Shown here one piece after another: positions 1 through 10,100 of a stretch of 64,000 bases of DNA (position 1 is its first letter; the number at the start of each line of letters is the position of its first letter). Made by a program: the position numbers and the translations under genes. Source of the DNA: Minisyncoccota bacterium (lineage in GTDB: Bacteria > Patescibacteriota > Minisyncoccia > Phycocordibacterales > UBA9973); NCBI GenBank assembly GCA_041665925.1, contig JBAYHW010000001.1, forward strand, positions 166,685-230,684, in the 5' to 3' direction. Under the pieces are notes generated by a model, which saw only the letters and a list, made by a program, of their open reading frames with translations, did no database searches and was not told the origin of the DNA.

Positions 1-532
1 TATAAACAAAGACGAACTTGTGAAGAAACTTACTTCACTTGGCGCCGTTGATAAAGGTGAAGAAAAATTGGAAGAGATAATTTTCCATGCGGCGGATGAG
101 TCTTGGATTGGAAAAAGAAAGTTTGTACGGTTGCGAAAAACAAAAAATAAAATAAAACTAACCTACAAAGAAAATGCGGAGCAAACAGTCGATAGTGCTA
201 GGGAAATTGAGTTGGAAGTATCAGATATGGACAAATGCTCTAATTTTTTTGAAAAGGTGGGGTTAAAAGCAATGAGACGACTAGAAAAATATCGTCACAC
301 ATTTGAATTAGGAGACACGACTATAGACATAGACAGTTGGCCGGAGATTCCGGTCTACGCAGAAGTGGAAGGTCCTTCTATAGACTCTTTAAAAGATGTT
401 TGCGGTCAGCTTGGTCTTGATTGGGAAAAAAGATTCGATGGCGACGCCCGGGAAGTCTTTCGACATTACGGCTATGACTTAGATAAAATTGACGTAATTA
501 CTTTTAGTGAATTTAAGCAAACAAATAATTAG
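1..532 (+). CDS. CYTH-domain protein (class IV adenylate cyclase/triphosphatase-like), 5' partial
   Basis: The frame is open back to position 2, so the N-terminus lies upstream of the window. Motifs EIELEV...YRHTFELGDTTIDIDSWPEIPVYAEVEGPS resemble the CYTH/CyaB fold. Confidence 0.5.
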   Translation, partial: INKDELVKKLTSLGAVDKGEEKLEEIIFHAADESWIGKRKFVRLRKTKNKIKLTYKENAEQTVDSAREIELEVSDMDKCSNFFEKVGLKAMRRLEKYRHTFELGDTTIDIDSWPEIPVYAEVEGPSIDSLKDVCGQLGLDWEKRFDGDAREVFRHYGYDLDKIDVITFSEFKQTNN

Positions 533-553
533 AACTTTTGGTATAATTGAAAC

Positions 554-943
554 ATGTTCAAAAGTATAGAAAATTTACTTCATGGGAAAAAATCTCTCGA
601 ACCGAAACCAGAACCGGAGCGCCTGCTTCAGCTTGGGGAATGTATTCTTTCAGATCGTTTATCTGCTGACCAAATACGTCAACTGCTTGAAGCGGGGGAG
701 GCTATTCGATTTGTTTCTAAGGGCGATTTTGTTGTGTTGACTAGAGCACCCCATGATTCTCTGATAGAACGATTAGGAATAAAAGTAAAAGACTTTGCTG
801 TTCTTAATGGAGAATTCTGGGTAGACTTTTCTAAAAAGCCACAGTTTCGATATTATATGGATGACGACAACGCTTCTGCTCCCGTTAAGGAAAAATACGA
901 GCAAAAAATAAGGGAGTTTTTGAAACAATTAGAAACTAAATAG
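554..943 (+). CDS. hypothetical protein
   Basis: 129-aa ORF with slightly elevated GC; no recognisable motif. Confidence 0.4.
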   Translation: MFKSIENLLHGKKSLEPKPEPERLLQLGECILSDRLSADQIRQLLEAGEAIRFVSKGDFVVLTRAPHDSLIERLGIKVKDFAVLNGEFWVDFSKKPQFRYYMDDDNASAPVKEKYEQKIREFLKQLETK

Positions 944-961
944 TTATCCACAGGGGGCTTG

Positions 962-991
962 TTGACAAGTGAACGCTCGTTCACTTATACT
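962..991 (+). promoter_or_regulatory. sigma70-type promoter (TTGACA, 18 nt, TATACT) with a LexA/Cheo-type operator GTGAACG-CT-CGTTCAC in the spacer
   Basis: TTGACA at 962-967 and TATACT at 986-991. A perfect 8+8 inverted repeat containing GAAC-N4-GTTC sits at 969-984 between them, directly upstream of the small ORF + lexA. Confidence 0.7.
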
Positions 992-1031
992 AAGTAAGTC
1001 GTAGTTTAGTAGTTTAATTTAGTATAAGTTT

Positions 1032-1232
1032 ATGAGTCAAACACAATATTTAAAAATGTTAGAGAGGGAGATTCAAAGGATCAATAAGAAAATTGATCTC
1101 AAGATTGTAGAAGGTAAGAATTATATGAAAGAGGCGAGAGAGCACAAGCTTCTTCTTCGTAAAGTTCGCTACCATTCACGCCGAAGTTTCTTTAACAGAT
1201 TCTTCCCAACTTTTACAAAATTTTCTTTCTAA
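1032..1232 (+). CDS. small basic protein (66 aa), apparently LexA-regulated; stop abuts the lexA ATG
   Basis: ORF ends with TAA at 1230-1232 and the lexA ATG is at 1233. It lies downstream of the Cheo-box promoter. C-terminus is aromatic/basic (RRSFFNRFFPTFTKFSF). Confidence 0.45.
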   Translation: MSQTQYLKMLEREIQRINKKIDLKIVEGKNYMKEAREHKLLLRKVRYHSRRSFFNRFFPTFTKFSF

Positions 1233-1799
1233 ATGAAAAATTCTTACCAGATAAAGATAGAGTCCTTCTACGGCGAGAATAAAAGAATGCCGACGTATTC
1301 GGAGATGATGAAGCTCTTCGGTTTCAAGTCTAAGAATGCCGTTTTTAAAGTTGTAGAGAAATTGATTGAGGCAGGTCTAGTGGCCAAGGACCACCTTGGC
1401 AGATTAATTCCTTCGGAAACTTTCGGCGAAGTGCCAATGCTTGGATTTGTGACTGCGGGATTTCCAGCAACAGTGGAGGAAGAACTTGCCGACACGGTAA
1501 ACCTTGACGACCTTTTAATAAAAAACAAACCACTGACGTATATGCTTGAAGTGGACGGGGATTCCATGATAGATGCACACATTGAGAAAGGGGACATGGT
1601 CTTGGTGGAGAGAGCAAATATGGCTCGCGATATGCAGATAGTCATCGCTGAAGTGGACGGCGAGTTCACTATGAAATATTTTAGAAAAGAAGGGGATAAG
1701 TGTTGGCTTGAGCCGGCGAATAAAAACTACAAGCCGATTTATCCCGAACACTCTTTAAATATAAATGCCGTCGTGAAAGCGGTCATACGGAAATACTAA
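1233..1799 (+). CDS. lexA: LexA repressor (S24 peptidase)
   Basis: N-terminal winged-helix region, then VPMLGFVTAGFP linker, GDSM (catalytic Ser), and TMKYF (catalytic Lys) motifs. Confidence 0.9.
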   Translation: MKNSYQIKIESFYGENKRMPTYSEMMKLFGFKSKNAVFKVVEKLIEAGLVAKDHLGRLIPSETFGEVPMLGFVTAGFPATVEEELADTVNLDDLLIKNKPLTYMLEVDGDSMIDAHIEKGDMVLVERANMARDMQIVIAEVDGEFTMKYFRKEGDKCWLEPANKNYKPIYPEHSLNINAVVKAVIRKY

Positions 1800-1810
1800 A
1801 ATAACAACAA

Positions 1811-1837
1811 AAAATCCCCTCGTAGGGGGATTTTTTG
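1811..1837. terminator. bidirectional intrinsic terminator between convergent lexA and hup
   Basis: A-run, then TCCCCTCGTAGGGGGA hairpin, then T-run. Confidence 0.7.
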
Positions 1838-1856
1838 ATTAATCTCGAGATTAATA

Positions 1857-2129
1857 TTAGGCAACCATATCTTTCAAACCTTTTGCAGGTCGGAATTTTG
1901 GAACTTTTTTTGCAGCTACTTTTACTTGCTCTCCAGTCTTTGGATTGCGAGCCATTCTAGCAGCGCGAGACTTTACGGAGAAGATTCCGAAGCCGGCTAC
2001 TGATACTTCACCACCTTTTTTCAAAGTCTGGATGATAGCATCAAACAAACCGTCAACGATTTCTTCAGCTTGTACCTTTGTACCACCAAGCTTTCCATGT
2101 ACCCATTCAGCTAATGCTTGTTTATTCAT
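1857..2129 (-). CDS. hup: DNA-binding protein HU
   Basis: 90 aa; GFGIFSVKSRAARMARNPKTGE is the HU/IHF family signature. Confidence 0.9.
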   Translation of the reverse strand: MNKQALAEWVHGKLGGTKVQAEEIVDGLFDAIIQTLKKGGEVSVAGFGIFSVKSRAARMARNPKTGEQVKVAAKKVPKFRPAKGLKDMVA

Positions 2130-2373
2130 ATGTTTTTAAGTTAGTTTTATAATCAGTCGACCTTGCCCACCTCAAGAGGGCCATTTAACCCTTATAATTA
2201 ATACCACTTCATTATATATCAAGGGTATTTTAAGGCAAGAGCTTGTATAATTTGTAAAAATCTTGATAAATATAAACTTTTTTCGGATACGGATTTTTTG
2301 AAGCTTAAAAAATCCTGGAATTTTCGACTCGACAGTCTCAAAACCCCCTCAAAAGTTATATTTTGAAGATTTT

Positions 2374-3903
2374 TTATCTAGCGTATTCAATAATTCTAGT
2401 CTCACGAATCATGGTGACTTTAATTTCACCTGGATATTTGAGTTCTTGTTCTATTTTTATAGCTATATCGCGAGCCATGAGCTTAGCTTCAGCGTCGGTA
2501 ATCTTTTCTGGAGTTACGAAGATGCGGATTTCACGTCCAGCCTGTAGCGCATATGATTTCTCAACAGCAGGGAACTTGTTGACCAAGGCCTCAAGCTCTT
2601 GTAGGCGTTTCAAATAATTTTCTACCGAGTCTCGGCGTGCGCCGGGGCGTCCACCAGAGATTGCATCGGCTGTCTGGACTATGATTGATTCAATAGTTTC
2701 ATATGGATATTCTTCGTGGTGAGATTTCATGGCGGTCACGATGCGTTCATCCGCGCCGAATTTCTGCAAGATGCGCATACCTATCTCCACGTGGGTACCC
2801 TGGACTTCGTGGTCTAGGGCTTTACCAATGTCGTGGACAAGAGCTCCTGCTTTAGCGATAGCTACATCTGCCCCGAGCTCCTCGGCAATCATTCCGGCGA
2901 TATGGGCCATTTCCGTAGAGTGTTGGAGGACATTCTGTCCATAACTTGTGCGGAAGTATAGGCGTCCGATAATAGATACGATACGTGGATCGAAATTGAA
3001 TATTCCACATTCATATACTGCTTGTTCGCCTTTCTCTTTAATTATTTTATTTATTTCTTCTTTAGCTTTTTCTACTAACTCTTCAATCTTAGCTGGTTGA
3101 ATGCGTCCGTCCAAGATCAGATTTTCAAGGGCAAGGCGAGCAACTTGTCTTCTGATAGGGTCAAAGCAGGAGATAACGATAGAGCCAGGAGTGTCGTCCA
3201 CAATTATTTCTACTCCTGCTGCTCTTTCAAAGGCGCGAATGTTTCGGCCTTCTTTTCCGATAATTTTACCCTTGATTTCATTGTTTGGAATTGAGACTAC
3301 AGTAGTCATGAGTTCAGATGCTGTGCTTGAGGCTAAGCGTTGAATAGACGTAGCTAGGATATCTTTAGCTCTACGGTCTAACTTTTCTTCATTGCTGTTT
3401 TCCAATTTTTGGATTCGAACGACGATATCTTCTTCATATTTTTTCTCCACGTCTTTTAAGAGTTCTTCTTTGGCTTCAGTTTCTGTAAGCTTGGCTACTC
3501 TTTCTAGCTCAGCTATCTTTTCTCCTTCTATTTTTGAAACTTTTTCTTGGATCTTTTTTATTTCTTCTACCTTTATTTTTATACCTTCAACTTCTTTATC
3601 TACTTCTACCTGCCTAGCGTCAAGAAACTCATCTTTTTTAATGAGTCTTTTCTCTGTTTCTCTCCATTCTTGTTCTTTCTTCTTCTCTTCTTCTTTTAAA
3701 CTTGCAAGAGTTTCCTCAGATTTCTTCTTGGCTTCCTCGGTAATCCTCTGAGCTTCTTCTTTCGCTCCGACCATCATCTGCTTGATATCTATCTCAATAG
3801 ATCTCCTCTTCCCAAGCGCTATTATCAGACGGAGATAGTATCCGATCACCACGCCCAAAAGGAGTACTCCGACTCCGATTGCAATTATTGTTGTTAAGCT
3901 CAT
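2374..3903 (-). CDS. rny: ribonuclease Y
   Basis: N-terminal TM helix, Glu/Lys coiled coil, KH domain (IIGKEGRNIRAFE), and HD domain (HSTEMAHIAG...LVHDIGK). Confidence 0.9.
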   Translation of the reverse strand: MSLTTIIAIGVGVLLLGVVIGYYLRLIIALGKRRSIEIDIKQMMVGAKEEAQRITEEAKKKSEETLASLKEEEKKKEQEWRETEKRLIKKDEFLDARQVEVDKEVEGIKIKVEEIKKIQEKVSKIEGEKIAELERVAKLTETEAKEELLKDVEKKYEEDIVVRIQKLENSNEEKLDRRAKDILATSIQRLASSTASELMTTVVSIPNNEIKGKIIGKEGRNIRAFERAAGVEIIVDDTPGSIVISCFDPIRRQVARLALENLILDGRIQPAKIEELVEKAKEEINKIIKEKGEQAVYECGIFNFDPRIVSIIGRLYFRTSYGQNVLQHSTEMAHIAGMIAEELGADVAIAKAGALVHDIGKALDHEVQGTHVEIGMRILQKFGADERIVTAMKSHHEEYPYETIESIIVQTADAISGGRPGARRDSVENYLKRLQELEALVNKFPAVEKSYALQAGREIRIFVTPEKITDAEAKLMARDIAIKIEQELKYPGEIKVTMIRETRIIEYAR

Positions 3904-4112
3904 AAGCTTTATGTCAGCTTACAAGAACAGGCCACTATATTTTTGAGTTCTCTCCCTTTAAATTAAAAGATTTTAAGTTTCCTCTTATGTTTTCCCTTGA
4001 ACACTTCATAATATATGGATATTCCTGTGAACCAGACTTAAATTAAGTAAAATAAATTTGTAAAATTCAACATAAAAAGTATAACAGAAAATACTTTCCC
4101 TGTCTAGTGTTC

Positions 4113-4709
4113 TTATTTAGAAGCAGGAGCCTTGGATTTGGTGACTATTTCGTCTACGATTCCGTACTTTTTCGCCTCTTCGGCATCCATGAAAAAATCT
4201 CGGTCTACATCTTTTTCTATTTGGGCTAGCGACTTGCCAGTGTTCTTTGCTAAAAGTTTATTTAAATTGTCTCTAGTTTTCAAAATGTGCTTTGCAGTGA
4301 TGGCGATGTCTGTCGCTTGGCCTTCTACTCCGCCGAGCGGCTGATGGATCATGACTTCAGCATTCGGAAGGATAAATCTTTTGCCTTTCTTACCTGCAGA
4401 CAATATGATTGCAGCTCCGGAAGCGGCTAAACCTACGCAAAAAGCCGAAACATCTGGGCGAACGTGGTTCATAGTGTCGACAATGGCCATAGTTGAAGTG
4501 ACGGATCCACCCGGGGAATTGATATACAAATAAATATCCTTCTTGGCATCTTCAGATTCTAAGAAAAGTAGCTGAGCAATAACAATATTGGCGGCATTAT
4601 CGTCTATGGGGCCAGCCAAGAAGATAATTCGCTCTCTTAACAGGCGAGAGTAGATATCATAAGCTCTTTCCCCGAACTGACTTTTTTCAATTACTGTAGG
4701 TATTAACAT
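4113..4709 (-). CDS. clpP: ATP-dependent Clp protease proteolytic subunit
   Basis: [11 protein letters not shown]...MIHQPLGG catalytic motifs. Confidence 0.92.
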   Translation of the reverse strand: MLIPTVIEKSQFGERAYDIYSRLLRERIIFLAGPIDDNAANIVIAQLLFLESEDAKKDIYLYINSPGGSVTSTMAIVDTMNHVRPDVSAFCVGLAASGAAIILSAGKKGKRFILPNAEVMIHQPLGGVEGQATDIAITAKHILKTRDNLNKLLAKNTGKSLAQIEKDVDRDFFMDAEEAKKYGIVDEIVTKSKAPASK

Positions 4710-4861
4710 AGTGGCTATTATAGTCTTTTCTCAATTTTTTTCAACTTGCCTATAATTTATAATATGCTAGTATTCTACCTAATGTGTGGAATGAATAAAA
4801 AGATAAATACAAAGAAAACCCCACAATTTTATATTTCTCAATTTTATATTTCTATTGGAAA

Positions 4862-4886
4862 GGCCCCTGTCGGGGTTATTTTTTTG
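4862..4886 (+). promoter_or_regulatory. GC hairpin plus T7 run in the leader of the pyr operon (candidate attenuator)
   Basis: GGCCCCTGTCGGGGTT followed by ATTTTTTT, 10 nt upstream of the probable pyrC ATG (4897). No plus-strand gene lies upstream for it to terminate. Confidence 0.3.
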
Positions 4887-4896
4887 TCTAAAACAT

Positions 4897-6102
4897 ATGT
4901 TTAGTATTGAAGGTATCATTGCGAATATTGGGATGAGAAGTAGAATTGAAATTGATCAAGCAACTGGCTTGATTTCAAAAGTGGGCACTGTAACCGGAGC
5001 AGCAGACATTGTTTTAAAAGATGAATTAATTTTCCCAGGTTTTATAGATCTACATGTGCATGCGCGGGAAGACATGAGTCATACACAAGACTACAAAGAG
5101 GATTTTAGTTCCGCAGAAAAGGCGGCGATAAATGGAGGGGTAGTAGCTTTCGCTGAAATGCCGAATAACCCTATTCCACCCATTGATGAGAAAAGTTATG
5201 AAACTAAAAAAGAATTAACAAAAAAATCTATTGTGCCCGTAGTACTTTATGCTGGCATTGGTCCAAAGACAAAACCACTAGCAACAAATGTTCCATACAA
5301 AGTTTTTATGGGGAAATCTGTTGGAGATTTATTTTTTACATCGCTAAATGAATTAGAATCAGTAATTAAAAATTATGAAGGGCAATATGTTAGTTTTCAC
5401 TCAGAAGATCCAGAAATTTTAGAAAAAAGTAAAAATGAAACTACTCACGAATCTCAAAGACCACCACGGGCTGAAATTGTGGGTATAGATTTCGCACTTC
5501 AATTGATAGAAAAATATAATCTGTTCGGGAAAATTTGCCACGTTTCCACCATTGAGGGAATGAATAGAATTATAGAAGCGAAAAAACGTGGGATAAATGT
5601 AACAGTAGAGGTAACCCCTCATCATCTATATTTCTCCAAGGCGAATAAAATGTTACAGGTGAATCCCCCGATACGAACTGAAGAGAATTGTGTAGCCTTG
5701 ATAAAATTTTTGAAAAATGGAGATATAGATTATTTAGCGACCGACCATGCTCCACACACGAGAGAAGAAAAAGAAAAGGGGATTTCAGGCATGCCACACC
5801 TGGACACATACGGGCCTTTCGCTACATGGCTTATGCAGGAACAAGGCTTCTCTCCAGAAGAGATTGCAAGGGTGTGTTCAAAAAATCCTGCCAATTTTTT
5901 TAACCATTTTACAGAGAGTAAATATGGAGAGATAAAAGAAGGTTGCATGGGGTCACTTACAATTATTGATATGAATAAACCAATAACTGTTACCAAGGAA
6001 ATATTAAAAACTAAGTGTGCTTGGTCACCGTTTGAGGGCACAACCTTTCCCGGCAGTGTTGCCATAACAATAATAAAAGGCAAAGTATATGATAAAAGAT
6101 AA
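4897..6102 (+). CDS. pyrC: dihydroorotase-like amidohydrolase
   Basis: DLHVHARE and DHAPH metal-binding motifs. First gene of the pyrC-carA-carB-pyrB cluster. The ORF-track TTG at 4855 overlaps the hairpin, so ATG 4897 is preferred. Confidence 0.8.
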   Translation: MFSIEGIIANIGMRSRIEIDQATGLISKVGTVTGAADIVLKDELIFPGFIDLHVHAREDMSHTQDYKEDFSSAEKAAINGGVVAFAEMPNNPIPPIDEKSYETKKELTKKSIVPVVLYAGIGPKTKPLATNVPYKVFMGKSVGDLFFTSLNELESVIKNYEGQYVSFHSEDPEILEKSKNETTHESQRPPRAEIVGIDFALQLIEKYNLFGKICHVSTIEGMNRIIEAKKRGINVTVEVTPHHLYFSKANKMLQVNPPIRTEENCVALIKFLKNGDIDYLATDHAPHTREEKEKGISGMPHLDTYGPFATWLMQEQGFSPEEIARVCSKNPANFFNHFTESKYGEIKEGCMGSLTIIDMNKPITVTKEILKTKCAWSPFEGTTFPGSVAITIIKGKVYDKR

Positions 6103-7153
6103 ATCAGCAAAATTAATATTAAAAGACGGTTCGGTCTTCGAAGGTAAAAACTTCGGTGTCAATAAATCAGTTGCCGGGGAAGTTGTTTTTGCAACCGGGA
6201 TGGTGGGTTACCCTGAAGCATTGACCGACCCATCTTTTAAGGGACAAATTTTAGTGATGACTTATCCTTTGATCGGGAACTATGGTGTGCCGAAGGGTGA
6301 ATTCTGGGAATCTTCCAAGATTCAAGTTTCAGGACTGATAGTTTGTAATTATGTAGACACACCATCGCACCATCAGTCTTACCAATCTTTAGGAGAGTGG
6401 TTTAAAAAAGAAAAAGTTCCCTTGTTAGAAATAAAAGACACTAGAATGTTAACTCAAAAATTAAGAGACGAAGGAGTCAGTCTAGGCAAGATCATTGTGG
6501 GGTCAGAAAAGAAAAGTTTTGAAGATCCAAATTTGAAGAATTTAGTAGCTGAAGTTAGCACCAGGGAGATAATGTTTTTAGGAACAGGGGACAAAACAAT
6601 TGTTTTGATTGATTGCGGAGCAAAAGAAAATATTGTGCGCAGACTTATCGTTAGAGGATTTAAAGTTGCCGTCGTTCCATGGAACACTGATGTTGCCAAG
6701 CTTCCATTTCCATTTGTTGCTGTGGTAATTTCTAATGGGCCTGGAGATCCAGAGAAAGTAAAAAGTACAATTAATAATGTTAAAAAAATTATTGCTAAAA
6801 AAATTCCTACTCTAGGAATTTGTCTCGGGAATCAAATCCTTACTTTAGCTATGGGAGGGACAACATATAAAATGAAATTCGGACACAGGAGCCAAAATCA
6901 GCCAGTGGTTGAAGCAGGCACCAATAAGTGTTATTTAACAACTCAAAATCATGGTTTTGCAGTTAAACAAATTCCCAAGGATTTTAAAACGTGGTTTCAC
7001 AATGCGAACGATAATACCAACGAAGGAATTATTCACAAGACACTACCTTTTATGTCAGTACAATTTCACCCAGAGAGCTCACCAGGACCACTAGACACTG
7101 ACTGGATTTTTGATTATTTTTTAAAACGCGCAAAAATTTATGTCAAAAAGTAA
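6089..7153 (+). CDS. carA: carbamoyl-phosphate synthase small (glutaminase) subunit
   Basis: N-terminal CPSase small domain (MVGYPEALTDPSF) and GATase with GICLGNQ catalytic Cys. Overlaps pyrC stop. Confidence 0.92.
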   Translation: MIKDKSAKLILKDGSVFEGKNFGVNKSVAGEVVFATGMVGYPEALTDPSFKGQILVMTYPLIGNYGVPKGEFWESSKIQVSGLIVCNYVDTPSHHQSYQSLGEWFKKEKVPLLEIKDTRMLTQKLRDEGVSLGKIIVGSEKKSFEDPNLKNLVAEVSTREIMFLGTGDKTIVLIDCGAKENIVRRLIVRGFKVAVVPWNTDVAKLPFPFVAVVISNGPGDPEKVKSTINNVKKIIAKKIPTLGICLGNQILTLAMGGTTYKMKFGHRSQNQPVVEAGTNKCYLTTQNHGFAVKQIPKDFKTWFHNANDNTNEGIIHKTLPFMSVQFHPESSPGPLDTDWIFDYFLKRAKIYVKK

Positions 7154-10100
7154 ATTCAAGAAAATTTTAGTACTTGGCTCAGGTGCACTCAAGATAGGTG
7201 AGGCGGGTGAGTTCGATTACTCCGGAAGCCAAGCCATCAAGGCTCTTAAAGAAGAAAACATAAAAGTAATTTTAGTTAATCCAAACATTGCTACATTCCA
7301 AACTTCTAAAACTTTAGCCGACGAAGTTTATTTTCTACCTATTAACGAGTATTTCGTGGAGAAAGTTATAAAAAAAGAACGACCAGATGGAATAATGCTT
7401 TCTTTCGGAGGACAGACGGCACTAAACTGCGGACTGGCGCTTTACGAAAAAGGAATTTTTAAAAAATACAATATACAGGTTCTAGGTAGCCCAGTGTCAT
7501 CTATTGAATTGACCGAAGACAGGGAAAAATTTGCCGAACACTTGCGCAGGATTAATATCCCGGTGCCGGACTCTGGTAGTGCGACTAATCTCAGCCAAGC
7601 GAAAAAAATCTCGCAAAGAATAGGTTTCCCGCTGATGGTGAGAGCAGCCTTTGCGCTGGGAGGTCAGAAGTCTGGAGTAGCTAACAATATAAAAGAATTG
7701 GAAGAAATAGTTATAGGAGCGTTAGCAGTATCTCCACAAGTGCTGATTGAAAAATATTTGCACCACTTTAAGGAAATTGAATATGAGGTCGTGCGAGATG
7801 TTTTCGGGAACACAGTAACTGTGTGCAACATGGAAAATTTTGACCCTCTCGGGATACATACTGGGGACTCCATTGTCATTGCGCCAAGCCAGACATTGAA
7901 CAACGAAGAATATCACGGGTTACGAGAAGCCAGTATAAAAATTGTGGAGAGTCTGAAAATTGTCGGGGAATGCAATGTACAATATGCACTAAATCCGAAC
8001 CCCAAAGATGGAAAGCTGGACTATTTTGTAATTGAAGTAAATGCTCGGCTTTCTCGCTCCAGTGCTCTCGCTTCCAAGGCTACTGGGTATCCGCTTGCTT
8101 ATGTTGCGGCTAAACTTGCTCTTCAGAAAAGCTTGCTCGAGATTCAAAATAAAATAACCAAAGTTACTCAGAGCTTTTTCGAACCAGCGCTTGACTATGT
8201 GGTAGTGAAAATACCAAGATGGGATTTAGTCAAATTCTCGGGAGCTATAGAGCATATAGGTAGCGCCATGAAGTCGGTCGGGGAGGTGATGGCTATCGGA
8301 CGGAATTTCGAGGAAGCATTAGAAAAAGCCATCCGTATGCAGACTGGGGCTATGGAAAGTGTCACTGATAATGGTTTTGAAAATAAAAAAGAAATGAAAT
8401 ATTTTCTTAACACTCCGACCCCGAGGAGAATCTTTGCCGTTGCGGAGAGTATTAAAAATGGAACTAGTGTCCAAGAAATTCATAGAATAACAGGGATTGA
8501 TTTATGGTTTCTGTATAGAATAGAAAATATTGTAAATATAGAGACCCGCCTTCGCCTTAGGCTACGGACGGGCAAGAAAACTTTTAAATTTAACCGAGAT
8601 GAAATGCTTACACTCAAACAAACTGGTTTTTCAGATAAAAAAATAGCTCGTCTGTGTGGTAAAACCGAGCTACAAATCCGCAAAGCTAGGATAGGACTAG
8701 GAGTGAAACCATTTGTATTTACCATTGATACTTTAGCCGGAGAAGTACCCGCCAAGACTAATTATTTATATTTGACTTATCATGGAGCACACAACGACGT
8801 AACTCCGCTTAATAAAAATGCCATTGTGGTTTTAGGTAGTGGGCCATACCACATAGGGTCTTCGGTAGAGTTCGATTGGTCATGCGTGCACGCTAGTCTT
8901 GCCTTGAAGCGCCATAAAAAACAATCTATTATCATAAATTGCAATCCCGAAACTGTTTCTACAGACTACGATATGTCTGACCGGCTGTATTTTGAAAATT
9001 TATCTTTTGAGACTGTGGCAGATATTTTCGAATTTGAAAATGCAGACGGATTGATAATTTCAGTAGGTGGTCAAAGACCCAACAATCTAGCAAAACAGCT
9101 CTCTCTGGCCAACTTTCGTATTTTGGGAACCAAGGCAAAAGATATAGATCGAGCTGAAGACAGGAATGCCTTTTCAGCACTACTAGATAAACTAAATATC
9201 CTTCAACCCAAGTGGAGAAGCTTTGTTTCTATGAAAGATGCAGAAAAATTTACCGACATTGAAGGTTTCCCGGTTTTAGTGCGTCCTTCCTACGTACTGT
9301 CTGGAGCAGCGATGAGGGTGTGTTATAACAAAAAACAATTATTTAACTTTATAAACAAAGCCGCCATACTTTCTCCAGAGTATCCAGTAACTATTTCTAA
9401 ATATGTAGAAAATGCGAAAGAGCTTGAGTTTGATGCAGTTGCTCAGGATGGGGAACTTATGATTTACGGAATTTCTGAGCATGTTGAAAATGCTGGAGTG
9501 CATTCAGGAGATGCGACAATTGTTTACCCTACACAACGCGTGTATTCTTCAACCGAATTTCAATTGCGCGAAATTTCGAAAAAAATTGCTAAAGAACTTT
9601 CTATCACTGGGCCATTCAATATCCAATTTTTGGTTAAATACAATATTCCATATGTAATTGAAGTAAATTTGCGCGCCAGTAGAACTTTCCCAATGCTTTC
9701 TAAAGCTATGGATGCGAATTTTCCAGAAATAGCCGTGGATAGCTTTATGGGCAAAGCTATTCCGCACAATTTTATTTATCCGAAAAGTGTGGTGGTGAAA
9801 TCTCCTCAATTTTCCTTTTCTAGATTACTTGGCGCGGATCCTATTCTCCGAGTGGAAATGTCTTCAACGGGAGAGGCGGCTTGTTTCGGCAAGGATTATG
9901 ATGAAGCACTACTGAAATCAATTCTAAGTACTAATAAATTTGATTTTAGAAATAAACATGTTTTACTCTCTTTAGGAGGAGAGATTAATAAAGCAAAATT
10001 CTTAGACACGGCTAACATTTTAATATCTCTAGGATATGTTATTTTTGCTACTGACACTACCGCCAAGTTTCTTAAAAAACATCAAGTAAAATGTAATCCA

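Noticed and set aside
1268-1751. Three minus-strand ORFs (78-133 aa) inside lexA
   Set aside because: They are antisense to a confidently identified gene and have no motifs; they are shadow ORFs.
3392-3751. Plus-strand 119-aa Ser/Phe-rich ORF
   Set aside because: It is antisense to the Glu/Lys-rich coiled-coil region of rny, and its low-complexity composition mirrors the sense strand.
4855-4896. TTG start at 4855 for pyrC from the ORF track
   Set aside because: This start would run through the leader hairpin/T-run. The ATG at 4897 gives a sensible N-terminus; it is kept only as an alternative.
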